Part shown: positions 40,010 through 52,660 of the stretch, piece after piece
Numbering within the stretch: the first letter of the stretch is position 1
Layout: each line of letters opens with the position of its first letter
Source: Hydrolagus colliei
Taxonomy: Eukaryota
Direction: 5' to 3'
DNA length: 64,000 nucleotides
Assembly (NCBI GenBank): GCA_035084275.1
Contig: CM068749.1
Span: 18,166,001 to 18,230,000 of the forward strand
Notes under the pieces: model-generated
What the model was told of the DNA's origin: nothing
Databases searched by the model: none
Seen by the model: only the letters and a program-made list of their open reading frames with translations
Made by a program: the position numbers and the translations under genes

Positions 40010-40105
40010 TGGGGTGCGCAATCGCTCCCTGAAGGGATGCGTCCTGCTTATCTAATTCCAGAGAGTGTAAGGCACAAGTTAGCGGGAACTTAGGCGATGC
40101 AAGCC
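40010..40105 (+). repeat. Unclassified interspersed repeat (second copy at ~48100-48190)
   Basis: Both copies share TGCGCA.TC.CTCCCTGAAGGGATGC..C.TGCTTA.CTAATTC. Confidence 0.65.
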
Positions 40106-40869
40106 TGTTGAAAACACACACATATACTGCTATGTTGGTTTGTTTAGTGTTCATTTTCTGCTCCTCATTACCCCCCCCCCACCCCCACCATCGTATGATA
40201 TTTATTTGTAGATAAACGTGGTATAAAATAATGCCCAGCAATACAAAACACATCTCTGTGTTGTTTATATTTTTTAAACATACACAAGACATTGAAAGCA
40301 ACTAAACATAGCCTCTACATCTATTCCTTGGAATGAATATGTAATGAATTAATGTAAGAGGTAAAAGAATAATGTGCAAGTAAACAATTGGGTTAAAAAA
40401 CTAAATATTTCCATTACTTAGTAGATCCTTGTTAACATTACATTATATTTTACTTCATAACACTTTTTGGGTTAAAACAAAGTCTGGAGGCATTTTTCAA
40501 AATACAATTGCTTAGAAATTAAGTGCATGCTTTTATATTGGAAGATATTATTATTATAAATATGAGTTAATATGTGCAGCAAAGTTCCATAAACAAACAG
40601 AAAAGGAGGAAATCAATTTGAAATTTAGGTGATTGTAAACCAGGTTAATTGGGAGAAAGGCTCCATGGTTTCTTGAAATAACAATGGCAGGGCAGACAGA
40701 TGCTAAAATGAATAACACAAAGAATCGATCAACTGCAAATAAATAGCCAATAATTGCACACAAAGAATGTGAAGATACTTAGATCAATACTGTGCTGCTA
40801 AGCCTGTTTTACTTTATTTTGCCCTTTAGTTGGTAACATGGAAGCAATCACTTGAGTCATTTGAAACTA

Positions 40870-41167
40870 CAGTAAAACCCTGATAATCCGGCATGGTTCG
40901 GCCCACGTGCCTCCCGGATTTCGGAGTTTGCTGATATTTAGAACCTATCCTGGAAATGGCTGGGGAAGCACTAAAGCCAAAAAATGCACAAACTCTAACC
41001 ACAGCGCAGGATGACAGAGCGGCGACGCCATGAACTACAAACAGCTGTTCCAAATTTCAAAAGATTTGCCGGACATCGGAAATAATCTAATACTGATGTA
41101 TTTTGAAATCTTGCTGGTTTTAGTGAGTTGCCGGCTTTCAGAATGTCGGGTTATCGTGGTTTTACTG
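40870..41167. mobile_element. Tc1/mariner-superfamily (pogo/Tigger-like) MITE, 298 bp
   Basis: TA-flanked imperfect TIRs CAGTAAAACCCTGATAATCCGGCA ... TGTCGGGTTATCGTGGTTTTACTG; no transposase ORF. Confidence 0.85.
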
Positions 41168-42177
41168 TACTCTGTCTGGGGCCTTCATTGCTCTTCAGAT
41201 CAGGTGATATCACACAGCTGCAATGTGCTCAGGTCGGGAGAAGGGCTCTCTCTGATAGTAGTAGGCATGCAAAATCTATCCCGTAGATCTTGCAAATTGG
41301 TTTGAAAACAGAAGTTGTAGATGCCTGCATGCTTGGTTTCTGAAACTAGAAACTGGTATCTTCAATTCCCTGGTGTCTACTGTCATCTTCTTCCACCAAA
41401 CATCAGTGCAAACCATAGGACTACGGCAAACTTGTCAAAAGGGATATCACTACAACATTGCTGCTTTAATATCATGAGAATCATTCACGTGAACTTATAT
41501 TTCTGCTCTTGAACCCATGATCTTATGCCAGGTTGACATCTCTAAAACAGATTCTCTTTGGATGACAAATCAAGTGGTAAAACAACTTCACTACTTAGTA
41601 ATATGTACTTAGAATGTCATCTGTATAACTTTCATTAATGTTCTGTTGATGAAGGTTTTGACAGATAAACAACTTTATACGTGGAATTTTTTACTCTGAA
41701 AGTGACTTGTTTTCATCTCCAACAATAGACTCAGATCATGGTTCTCATCTCAATGTTTTTTGTGTATAGGCAGTGGGAGGGGGGGAGGTGTGAGGGGAAG
41801 ATGATTAAAGATATTACAAATTGTATTATAGATATTAGAGGCAGGAATGCAACTGGCTCTTTAATAGATAGCATCTGAAATGTTCCCTTAGAAGATATAA
41901 ACTATTAAAAATGAAATTGAAGTGCCATTGCTGAACAGAAACAGAGGAGTAAAAGTCAATGATTGAGAAATGTATGGCTGTGGAAAGTACAGCCTTAATA
42001 ATTTTTCTAAATAGCTATAAGGATTCTAAATTTTCTTTGGTTCTTTGGAAGCTTACAGATATAATGTTCTAATCAAAAGAAGAATGGAATAAAGAGAGAA
42101 CATCTCAAAATAAACTTTCACAGTAATCTTCAGAGTTTTCAATTATAGGTTTAATGCAAACTATAACCTTGGACTAT

Positions 42178-42420
42178 ACAACAACAACAAATTACACTTA
42201 TAAAGCGCCTTTCACGTCAGGAGGACGTCCCAAGGCGCTGCACAGGAGGCGTGTGACCCGAGCTGGGAGGGGAGTGTACGGGAAGGGGTGAAACAGGTAG
42301 GGGAGGTCGAAAAATTCGGGGTGGAACAAAAGGCACGGTCGAAGAGGAAAGTCTTCAAACCAGCCTTGAAAGAGGAAAGGGAAGAAGAGACGGAGGGATT
42401 GGGGGATGGAATTCCATAGG
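42178..42420 (-). mobile_element. L2 LINE 3' end (ORF2 C-terminus plus 3' UTR)
   Basis: Encodes LWNSIPQSLRL..FKAGLKTFLFDRAF, typical of the L2 ORF2 end; terminal stem-loop AGCGCCTTGGGACGTC..GACGTGAAAGGCGCT; (TTG)n tail. Confidence 0.88.
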
Positions 42421-42899
42421 ACTCCCGGCATAGACCATTTTCGTGAAGGAGTGTTTAATAAAATTATTCGTGAAGGATTGTTTAATAAAATTCTTGGTAG
42501 TAGTGTTTCTTGCCTTCGGCAGGCAGATTTTTGGACAAAATGCTATTCTTACTTGAAAGTATACCCAGCCCTATTTTATAGAAATTTAGTAATTTGAACT
42601 TGTACACCCATGAAACCCGCTATTCACTGGTTATAATGGAATGGAGACCAAAGAAAATGCCAATATAAATGTATCATCAGCCTACTGAGTTGACTTGAGC
42701 TGATAGATTTTATAGATTACCAGTGCTGAAAGTCATGAGGCATTTTGAATTAAGGAGTTCTGATCTTTAATGAAACAATTAGAATATTTTAACACAATCT
42801 CAACTTCTTTCACTTACAATAAAGTCTTACTTTTTGAACACAATAGACTATTTGTATTCAGCAAAGTACTCAAAACAACCATGAAGAATGACAAATTTT

Positions 42900-43423
42900 A
42901 TCTCGGGGAATGTTGGCCAAAACACCAGAAGAAATTCCCTTCTCTATTCAATTAGTGCCATAGATTCTATAAAGTTACCTGATCAATAATGTCAGACAGA
43001 CGAAACCTTGGTTGGCCTCATCCTAAGGAAAGCACCTCCAACAGCACTGCTTCCACAGCATTCCCTATGGAATACCATCCCTCAATCCCTCCATCTCGTT
43101 TCTTCCCTTTCCTCTTTCAAGGCCGGTTTGAAGACTTTACTCTTCGACCGTGCCTTTTGTTCCACCCCGATCTTTTCGACCTCCCCTTCATGTTTCACCC
43201 CTTCCCAAACACTCCCCTCTCAGCTCGGGTCACACGCCTCCTGTGCAGCGCCTTGGGACATCCTCCCAACGTGAAAGGCGCTCTATAAATGTAATTTGTT
43301 GTTGTTGTTGTAGCACCACAATGGAGTGCCAGCCTAGACTATGAGCTCAAAGTCCCAACATGGGGCTTCAACCCACAACTTTGACTCTGAAGCAAGAGTG
43401 TTACCAACTGAGTCAGACTGACA
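42900..43423 (-). mobile_element. Deu-domain SINE interrupted by an L2 3' fragment
   Basis: Head (GTGTCAGTCTGACTCAGTTGGTAACACTCTTGCTTC) at 43423-43312 and Deu domain (GGAGGTGCTTTCCTTAGGATGAGG...TGGCACTAATTGAA) at 43060-42900 lie either side of the L2 piece. Confidence 0.7.
43064..43311 (+). mobile_element. L2 LINE 3' end
   Basis: Same sequence family as 42178-42420 in opposite orientation; (TTG)n tail. Confidence 0.88.
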
Positions 43424-45199
43424 CATGGATAGCATTTTACAAATAATTTAAATATTCGATTCGTTTTCATAGTCTTGAAGACAGTTGACTATAAATTATC
43501 ATCAGATCTCCAATATTTAGATTTTAATACCACTGTCTTTTTTTAAAAAAAGCAGTTTAATATCAACTTCTCATTATTATCATTTTAACCAAGATAATAA
43601 ATGATATGTACTTTTTACACTCGTCATCCACATCTGCATCATTCAAGGCCATTTAATGGTTTTGATTTAATAGTCTCCCTAATGCTTGGAGGTGAAGCGG
43701 TCAAACAGTGACAATAATGATCTTGTTCTCCACTTTTGGCTCGAAGCTTAAAAAATAGACATAATATTATATAGCTACTGTAAATAAATTTACTTATTTC
43801 AAAAACAATAATGATGTTAATCTTGTTTCAATTAAGCCTGGAAGAATGATGTTTTCTACAAAGGAATTCATGGCATGCTATTCAAAAGCTGTGTTTGACC
43901 AACTGTGGAACAAATCTAAACACCTAACATTAATTCCGATTGTATGAAATTAAACAGATTAATTACATTCTCCCTGCTGTTGTCTTTAGTCTTATTTACA
44001 ATAAAACATCTTTTGCACTTAAAAGATGGAAATTACTCAGTTTTAGGTGCAGTAGCTATTTATGAAAGGAGCTTATAATGGATAAATTCCGAATACCTGG
44101 AGTGAGAAGTTATGGAATTAAAAAATTAGACTTCTATCTAAACAAACAATATAGAATTACCAAATATTTTCATATCACTGAATTTAAAACTAAGACATCT
44201 GCAATTCCTCAAAGTACATTATTTCAACAATTTCAGTGCAGGTGTCTGCCAAGTGGGGATCAGGTCATTGAAGGAAAAAGGAAACAAACGTAAAGACCAA
44301 ATGGTCTATTAAATAGATTTTTATTTAAATCAGTGTTTTCACTTGCTTTACAGGAAGCAGTATGATCATGCCTTCTAATAATATTGCCTTGGCTTCTTTT
44401 CCTGGAGAACAATAAAAGAGTGAACAATATTGAATCATAAATTCGTAACTCTGTTTATTTAATACACTAGGCTATTTGATAGATACTGAAGTCCAGTTTT
44501 AACACCACAATAACAACGTGCATTTATATAGTGCCCTTCCTATAGGGTAATCTCTTGGGTGAGTTTTGCAGGTCAGAGTTGGGACACCGAGCAAATGAGA
44601 GGGGCAAGGTGGCCAAAGAGGTAGGATTTGGGTGGGTAAAAGCGTGATGTGGGGGTCTTAATAAGGAACTCAAAGTGAGGGAGAACTGCAACCTAAGGAT
44701 TGAGATAGACGCCAACATTGCACACTTGTTCTGAGAGTTTGAGGTCAGAGCCAGAAGAGAATTATTGATGGGGTGTGAGGAGGGTGGCTTCTATCCCAGC
44801 CACCCAACCATACAAACAAACCGTTTTAATTGCAAATACATAAATTTTGTGTGCAGGTTGTTTGGTAAAGGCCCAAAACCATCAGTAATCTGACATGGTA
44901 CTATAGCTGGTTACTCTGTTGCTCTCAATAAAGAGCCAATGGAATATAACTTCCCAACTTCCCAATTCTAAGCAAAAAGATATGGTAGGAGTTCAGAGGG
45001 AGGAAGGAAAAGCAGGTTTGACAAATATAGCATTCTCGAAATGGATGACAGTGCAAGTGTTTTTGTCACCTACAAGAGTCTTGGCCCCTCCCATTTTTCT
45101 CTCCCATGTTTGAATTCAATTACTCATCTGGAACAATTTTGTATACCACAGAATGAAGAATTTGTATTGTATCAATCCATTTAGAACACAAGTCATTGA

Positions 45200-45560
45200 G
45201 GCAAATCCGTGTTCAGTGGTTAGAGCACTCACTTTGGAAGTGAGAGACCTGGGTTCGATTCCCAGCAAGGCGAAACATTGAGCAAGTTTGCTTGCTCCAC
45301 ACATTTCTGAAGTAGGAATCCAGTTGTTAGTCGATTGGCGGATCTCTGTTCCAGGGGTAATAATTTCTTCAAAAATAATAAATTGGTCACTCAATCCATG
45401 ACTATTTCAGGGACATTGCTATGCTCAATTGGATGCCAAGTTTCATCCACAAAATATCGTGTCAATTCACTTTATAGTACATTCTGTGAAGCACTTTAAA
45501 ATGTCTGAAAAAAGTGATAAGGCACTTTAACAAATACAAGGATTTTTATATTATTATTAT
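45200..45560 (+). mobile_element. tRNA-derived SINE (same family as 46162)
   Basis: TTCAGTGGTTAGAGCACTC...GGGTTCGATTCCC head, with the same body and (ATT)n tail. Confidence 0.85.
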
Positions 45561-46161
45561 AACTGCACTTCTCACCCACAGCAAAAGAAGTTCTAAGTGA
45601 TCCCCCACTTTCTGAAAATCATGAAGATCACTTCCTTGTGAAGATCCGCTCACTTTCCTACTGTGAAAATATGCTACCAATTTTCCACGACTGCCAGGCC
45701 TTTGGGCAGTCAGCATCATTTTGTGCGTTCTGTATCAATGTCCTACTTCTGAGGCATCCAAGCACTAAGGCTCGCACCATTTTTCCCTTGCTGGTTGACA
45801 GATTAGGTCATTGTAGTCCACAGGCTAAGTTGTAGCCTATTTGTGTGCCACATTGACTGATTTGAGACCAGGTGCTGTAGGAGCCGAGGTTAACTGTCTC
45901 AGCCCAGAAAGACATTGGCACTAATGGTCAGACACTAAGCTGGGAACTGCAAAGAATTTGTCCTTTCTCTTATTCTCCATGATTGACATCTGTAGAAATG
46001 CAATTCATCCAAATAAACAATTTACCAAACCATTGTGCAAGAATCTCATGAAACCCTCTTGCATTTCAAAATGATCAGTATCACAATTATAATGGTAATT
46101 TTCTCCTACCCTTGCTACCCGTTTGAGCACTAAAATGGGGTTTTGGCTATCCTAAGATTAT

Positions 46162-46466
46162 GGAGTCCTGTAGCTCAGTGGTTAGAGCACTCGCCTTACA
46201 AGCGGGAAACCTGGGTTCAATTCCGGGCAAGGCAAAACCTTGGGCAAGTTTTCTTACTCCACACCTAATAATAATCGCTCAAAAAAAAAGCAATAATAAA
46301 TTGGTCATTTCTATCCGTAACTGTTTGTGGGACACTGCTGTGCACAATTGGCTGCCGCGTTTCGCTCACAAATAGTTAATTCACTTTACAGTATATTCTG
46401 TGAAGCGCTTTGAGAAGTCTAGAAGATGTGAAAAGTGCTATATCAAATGCAAGGATTATTATTATT
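46162..46466 (+). mobile_element. tRNA-derived SINE
   Basis: Pol III A box TAGCTCAGTGG, B box GGTTCAATTCC, CORE-like CCTTGGGCAAGTT, 3' tail TGTGAAGCGCTTTGAG...AAATGCAAGG(ATT)n. Multiple related copies in the window. Confidence 0.9.
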
Positions 46467-46472
46467 CTCTAC

Positions 46473-47024
46473 TAGGGCCCGTCGATATATTGGTTATATC
46501 TGATATCATTTTCATATCGATATGCCGATATCAGAATTTAAAATATATCGATATATCAAAAAATTCGATATAAAAAAATATATTGGTACCTTGTCGCAGG
46601 CATTGCAACCTCCTGGGCCTGCAGCAGGAATGCGCGCGCATTCGGACTACAAAACCCAGAATGGTCATCTCTACACAATGCACAGACCGAGGTGCAAGCC
46701 GCCATATTGTATTCGTAGTCCTCGCATACAATATACAGGTATATAAGGGGTGGGGGGAGAGGGAGGGAGAGATGGGGGGAGGGGGGGAGAGGGAGGGAGA
46801 GACTAGACACAGAGAGAGAGAGAGAGAGAGATGGAGAGAGTGAGTGTGAGACACAGAGAGAGAGATATTTACCTCCTGAGGAGATAGGCCCCGAATGCGC
46901 GTGCACCTACGAATGCGCGCACATGCGCAGTATAAAAAATCCGAAAATATCGATATATCGGTATATATCAATATGAGCCCATCGATATATTGAAATCGGA
47001 AAATTTCCATATCGATGGACCCTA
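46473..47024. mobile_element. Non-autonomous hAT-type DNA transposon (MITE), 552 bp
   Basis: TIRs TAGGGCCCGTCGATAT ... ATATCGATGGACCCTA; exact 8-bp TSD TTCTCTAC at 46465-46472 and 47025-47032; subterminal arrays of ATATCG/CGATAT; internal GA microsatellite; CpGs retained. Confidence 0.9.
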
Positions 47025-47189
47025 TTCTCTACCCACAATTTTTCCTTCCTGTCTTGCACCTGTACCCTTCACTTTTCTGCCTCCAGACTATTGCTTATTT
47101 TTCACACCCTCTTTCTCACTGTTGGAGTCCAAGCATTCAGTTACCATCTCTTTGGTCTCTAGAACATTCTTCCAAAATCTCATCAATTC

Positions 47190-47350
47190 ACAAATGTTTA
47201 TGGGACACTGGTGTGCGCAATTTAGTGTGCGCAATTGGGTGCCGCGTTTTATCCACAAAATATACAGTCAATTCACTTTATAATATAATCTGTAAATTGC
47301 TTTGGGACGAGGCGTTATGCAGGGATAATTATTATTATTTATATTATTAT
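47190..47350 (+). mobile_element. SINE 3' fragment
   Basis: TGGGACACTG...CAATTGGGTGCCGCGTTT...AGTCAATTCACTTTA...(ATT)n. Confidence 0.7.
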
Positions 47351-49099
47351 GCCCAGCAAAAACTTAAGATCATCAGATGTCTCTCGTGGTTGTACTGTAT
47401 TAGGTTTACAGAAATAAAGTTTGTGGCTGGAGCATCAATTTCAGAGCAAAACTATAATTGTTATTGCCAAAATTATTGATGTTTTAATGACAAATCATTT
47501 ACAAAAACAGCATTTTCAGAAATTTGCCAAATTTATCCAGTTTTGTGCCAACTGTGAACAGTTAGAACCCTTATAAAAAGCCTTGAAAACCCCATCTGTC
47601 TTGGACAGGTTTTCCATTCATGACAGCACAGAATCGCTTTATCAATGTAAACTATTTTTAATAAACTATTCAAACTGTAATTAAGGTAGGGACCACACAC
47701 ATCATTTATTTTCTATGTCATTGGGGGATGTGGGAGTAGGAGAAAATTCTAAATGTAGTTAGAAAGTTAAGTACAGTACTGGGCAGTACTACTTTTTATG
47801 CTTTGTTCAAAATGTTCCAGGCTATATTTTGCCAAATACTTTAATGTTTAAAGTTAGGCAAATCACAAAATTATTATTTTAAAATAAAAATTATATCTGT
47901 ACAACATCTAGAAAACTTGATAATCTTTTGTGGCATATATCAAACCTGACAAGCATGATATTGTCAAATGTGATGAAGTGCTGCCATCCAGAGGCTGGAT
48001 TGTTTAAGTCAGCCAGGTATCTGACACATCCGAAAACCATTGTGCTGAAGGCTTTCCAAACCAAAGTGAAAGTTGAACATATGTGCGCCACTTTTACAAG
48101 GAATGCGCACTCTCTCCCTGAAGGGATGCACCATGCTTACCTAATTCTGGAATATATAAAGTGCAGGTTGGTGCAAGGCTTGGGAACCCCCAAAGTATGC
48201 ATTGGGGTATAATTGGGGTTAACCAGTTGGAACTGTTTAGCTTGCAATTACAAGCACTGTCCAGCAGACTTCCCAATACTTATTCAACTTGAATGACTAT
48301 GCTTTGGCTTGCAGATTTAACAGACTTTAAGTGGGAGGAAATGGCAAGCATGTCACTTTGGAAATAGCCCAGGCCCAAGTAGAACTCTCTTACAACTAGT
48401 TGGGTCATTCAACCATCTAGTATAACACCTATTATACTATAACAGTGGAAATCTTTAAGACACTTTTAACATTAAACTATTCTTAAAAACATACATCTTG
48501 TTATATTTTTTATATACATTTTTATTTTATCTCAAGAATCACATATGGAAGAAATCAGACTCAAAAGCCCTGTGATACTCAAATTTAAGTTGACAAACAC
48601 GTCAAAGCATACCAAAATTTTAGCAAACAAAAGAGCAGGCAGTTAACGTACCTTGGAATAAATACATGCAAATAAGACTGTACATTAATTACAATAAAAA
48701 CCATTTCAAAAATCAATAAAAGTTGAAATATTAGGACTTACTGCACTATAAATAGCATTAAGGGGATGAATTTTAAAATATCTAATACTGTAACTTGTAT
48801 CATGATCAAAAACAGCTAACCAGATCAGTAACCTCCAAGTACTGTTAAATCAAGCTACAATTAATTTAGCGATAACAAGGTAGTCATGGGTGCATCGAAA
48901 ATCCCCTACTTAAATGGTTTCATAATTCCATCTAAAGTAGGAGGCTACCTTTATACAGTCAAATATAGTCAATTTTCCTACTTTCCTTCCCCAACCACAA
49001 CTCCTCCCCACCTGCTCTAGTCCCTATCTCTTCTCCCCACTTTCTTCCCTCTTGTCTTCTCCCTCCCCCGCCTGCTCTGGTCCCAACCTTGGGATGTTG

Positions 49100-49330
49100 T
49101 TGTATTCTGTGAAGCGCTTTGAGATGTTGATAAGACGTGGAAAGCGCTATATAAATGTAAGGATTATTATTATTATTACAATACTATTTTAGTATTTTGA
49201 GCATATTATTTTAGTATTTTGCTTGTTACAATATTAATAATATTAATCACTGCATTTAATATAGGACCTTATCATGGTGCTGAGAACTCCCAAAGCACTT
49301 TACAGAATATATTGTAAAGTGGATTGTCTG
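49100..49330. mobile_element. Two SINE 3' tails in tail-to-tail inverted orientation
   Basis: Plus copy at 49100-49157 and a more diverged minus copy at ~49235-49330. Confidence 0.65.
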
Positions 49331-49599
49331 CATATCTTATCAGCAAATAGGCTGTTACACATTATAATTTCTATTTGGAATATTTCCACATATATTATAG
49401 GAATATTATTTTATACTTGTGAACAATCTGAAAATGTTTGCTGAGATAGCACTCCCTTCCATCTTCTGATGGTGTCAAAGATGTAAGGTATTGTAGGTCT
49501 ATTTCCCTTCGCATGCAATAATTCTGCAAAGGTCTGCAAAGATTTATTTCCCATAAATGAAGAAGAATGGTTTCTTTTATAAAGTGAAAATCCTACTCA

Positions 49600-49900
49600 C
49601 CTGGTTGACATACAAGTTAAGCTGAATGGGGATTCCAAATGAGAATATTCAACACTCATGAAGCTTGAACCTTGCTCCTGTTAAGTAGATCTGCCATCTG
49701 GCTTTCACTTCCAGCCAGATGGTAGGCAATCAGTAAGACATTGTGACTCTTGTACCAGTGGCCTATCTTTAGCACATCTCTGCATGGTACTTGACCACCA
49801 AAGTATATGAAAATTACAGTGCCATCTAAACTGCTCATAACTGTGACCTGCTGATATTCCAGGTTGTCTAGTAAGATAGCCAAGTGCCCTGGGTTTGTCC
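49600..49900 (-). mobile_element. Degenerate DIRS-like retrotransposon RNase H / methyltransferase junction
   Basis: WYKSHNVLLIAYHLAGSESQMADLLNR resembles the DIRS1 RNase H motif l.A.HlpG..N..AD.LSR, followed after frameshifts by HEC (HEW-like) and LNLYVN (iDLFA-like). Confidence 0.5.
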
Positions 49901-50472
49901 CTCATTGTAAAATTAGTCATGAGGGTCAGAGGTTGGGCACGGAGCATGAAGTGGTAATGACACACCCTGACTTTATATGTTCTGTGATATTCTAACATCA
50001 GGAGGCTTCTGATGAATCCTGTCCCATTTATGTTTATTGAAGTGGATGGGAGAGATTGGACACGCCCACTGCTTAAACATTACAATAGATCATGTAAATA
50101 GATCTACCAAATAGCATGCTAATTGCAAAGTGAAGCTAATGAATAGAAACATTAGTGTAATTATCTACATGAATATATTAACAATGACCTTTCTTAGGTA
50201 ATCCCTTTAATCACTTAATTCCTTTTGTTACTTGAGAATCTTATTTTCCCATTACGTTATTGTCAAATTGTGATGTGGTTGACTTTAAACTGTCATCCTA
50301 TTTTTTTAAAATTATTTTTCTATATTTCACTCAAAATTATTATATATTTCCATTTTATATTGCAGTATGTAGCTTTTCCTGACACCTTAAATTTAGTCAT
50401 AACAAGAACAGCCTTTATGCCTTCTTGGTCTTCCAGTCAGCTGTGTGAAGTTGAAACATACTCCTTATGTGA

Positions 50473-50800
50473 ATAATAATAATCCTTGAATTTAATGTAG
50501 CACCTTACCATGAGACATCTTAAAGTGTTTCACGGGATATATTGTAAAGTAGATTCACTATTTTGTGGGCGAAAATCAGCAGTCAGTTTGTACACAGCAA
50601 TGTCCCACAATCAAATAAGGTATGACCAGCCAATTTTATTTGGGGAATTGTTGGCCAGGACACCAAGAGAAACTCCCTTCTTTTTTCGAATAGTGCCATG
50701 GGATCTTCAGCATCAACCTGAACAGGCAGATAGGACCTCGGTTTAACGTCTCATCCAATGGATGTCACCTCCAGCAACTTACCCCTAGTATTGCATTGAA
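50473..50800 (-). mobile_element. Deu-domain SINE, reverse orientation
   Basis: Reverse complement reads GGATGAGACGTTAAACCGAGGTCCTATCTGCCTGTTCAGGTTGATGCTGAAGATCCCATGGCACTATTCGAA, followed by the tail. Confidence 0.85.
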
Positions 50801-51852
50801 GTACAAGGTTGCTATATACATGTAAATTTTTGGTGGTGTTATTTGGTGTAGTGATGAACTGAGGACTGCCAGGTCCTCAGTTATTTTAAAAATCCTCATC
50901 ACAGTTCAGATCGTTTTTTTTAAAGAATAGGAATGAATTAAGGGAATTTAAAATTTCAGCAATAGGAAGATACAGCCTTACATGCAGCTAATTGCTCCAT
51001 ATCTTTCCTTCTTGGTTGTGGATGCCAATCACTGCAGATACAGTGAAGGCAGTTCATCAACGGACCTGCTGACATCAGCTGATGTGAACTATTCTGACTT
51101 TCCAAATTAATATGGAGCATTACTAGCAGACTACAGTTGTATCAAAAATAAAATTATCCTAACAAGCAGAAGAGATATTCCCTCCCTCAGTACCCTCAGT
51201 ACAATTGCTTGTTGTTGGCTGGTGCAGAGTACTTCATTGAAGGTGCTTCTCCTACAGTAATGTTCCAAATTAAATATCTGATCATTATCAGATGTTTGAA
51301 TACAATACAACTATAATTATCAAAATTTATGAAAATCCCACATTGATTCTTATGTATTATAAATATTAACCATTTAATGATAACATTTTGAAACAGAATA
51401 ATTAGTTGCTAAATACTGCACTGTATTCTGAAACCAAAAGTAAAATGAATCGCTTGGCCACTAGAGAGCAGTATAGATACTGTCAATTTCAATAAGCTCC
51501 ATTTGGTTGAAACTTTAAACCTAGTCCCCAACTAATTGACTGTGTGTGTAAAGGTTGCAAGCGGGGAGTAGTTGGCGGTGTTTCCATTGGCCCCAGCACC
51601 TGAGTAAAAATATACCAATTGCCCAAACTCTTATTGAAAAGACCATAAACAGTATGCATTTGTTGAGGGATGAGGTAACATTTCATTTCACAACCATAAT
51701 CAAATTTTTCATCCAAGATTTGACTGGTATACAAAATGTTATTGTCAACTATTGTTGTTTCTTTTAACAATAGCAGTGATATTTGTTGCATAATATACAG
51801 TATACATAAAAACTTAAAGCCATGTTTCAACATAGAAACCAGAAGTACAGTA

Positions 51853-52660
51853 CAGGTATCCCGCCCCAACCGTGGCCTCGTCAACCACGAAACTCATGTA
51901 TCCATGGTTTGCTAAATGCGACAACCCTCGCAAACCACATTTTGCGCATCCACAATTTAAATCCGCAGGTTTAAATTTTCAAGTTTCACTCTTCCAAACA
52001 AGGGACCGCATTCATCCACGTATTGGTGTGTATTCATCCGCGTTTCCCACCTATCAACATCTTTACTACCCCACATGGTCTAGCTGCATTCGTGGATCTA
52101 CTTACTCCCCCTATACCTGTAACATGAATTTATTACTTAACTCTTACACTGAAATTATTCCTAACAGTGTTTTACTGTATTAAACTGTAAAGCAAACACA
52201 TTTGTGAGTACTGTATTATACAAACAAATGATTTCAAATGTACAAATAGAAACTATACAATTTCGTACATCATTTATGTAGTCATGTTTCATTTCATGAA
52301 AGTACATTAAAACACATACAACATTTTCTTAAATAGGCTTTTATAGAAAAGTACAAAATATTTTGCCTTACCTTTCTCCAGCTATGTTTCTCAACCTTTC
52401 TTTTCAAGGCAATTTATCTCTTGCAATTTTGTAGTTTCCTCTCAGTATCTCTCCTCAGGTGCAAGGAGCTGGCTGCCGTTTCTCTGCAACTTCGCATAAA
52501 AATGATAGATCTTACAGCCTTTTTCAAGAATTCACTTTGGAACAATTCCAACAGACTTTTTCATAGCAAAACATGTTTCACTGAATATGTTGATCCAAAA
52601 GCTTCTCAACCCTTTTTATATCACGATTTACCGTGAACTTTTTAAGAGCAGTGGAAAATA
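51853..52660. mobile_element. Truncated pogo/Tigger-like DNA transposon remnant
   Basis: TA + CAGGTATCCC terminus followed by repeated ATCCGCG/ATCCACG-like subterminal motifs. The opposite TIR was not found and the right boundary is uncertain. Confidence 0.45.

Noticed and set aside
42198-43344. Near-identical short ORFs on opposite strands
   Set aside because: Translations of L2 3' fragments, not host genes.
46162-46235. tRNA gene-like sequence (also at 45200 and 22310-22381)
   Set aside because: A and B boxes are present but there is no proper acceptor stem or T-run terminator, and the sequence continues into SINE body and tail, so these are SINE heads.
46522-47479. Overlapping 74-159 aa ORFs
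   Set aside because: They arise from MITE, microsatellite and SINE sequence, with no transposase motifs.
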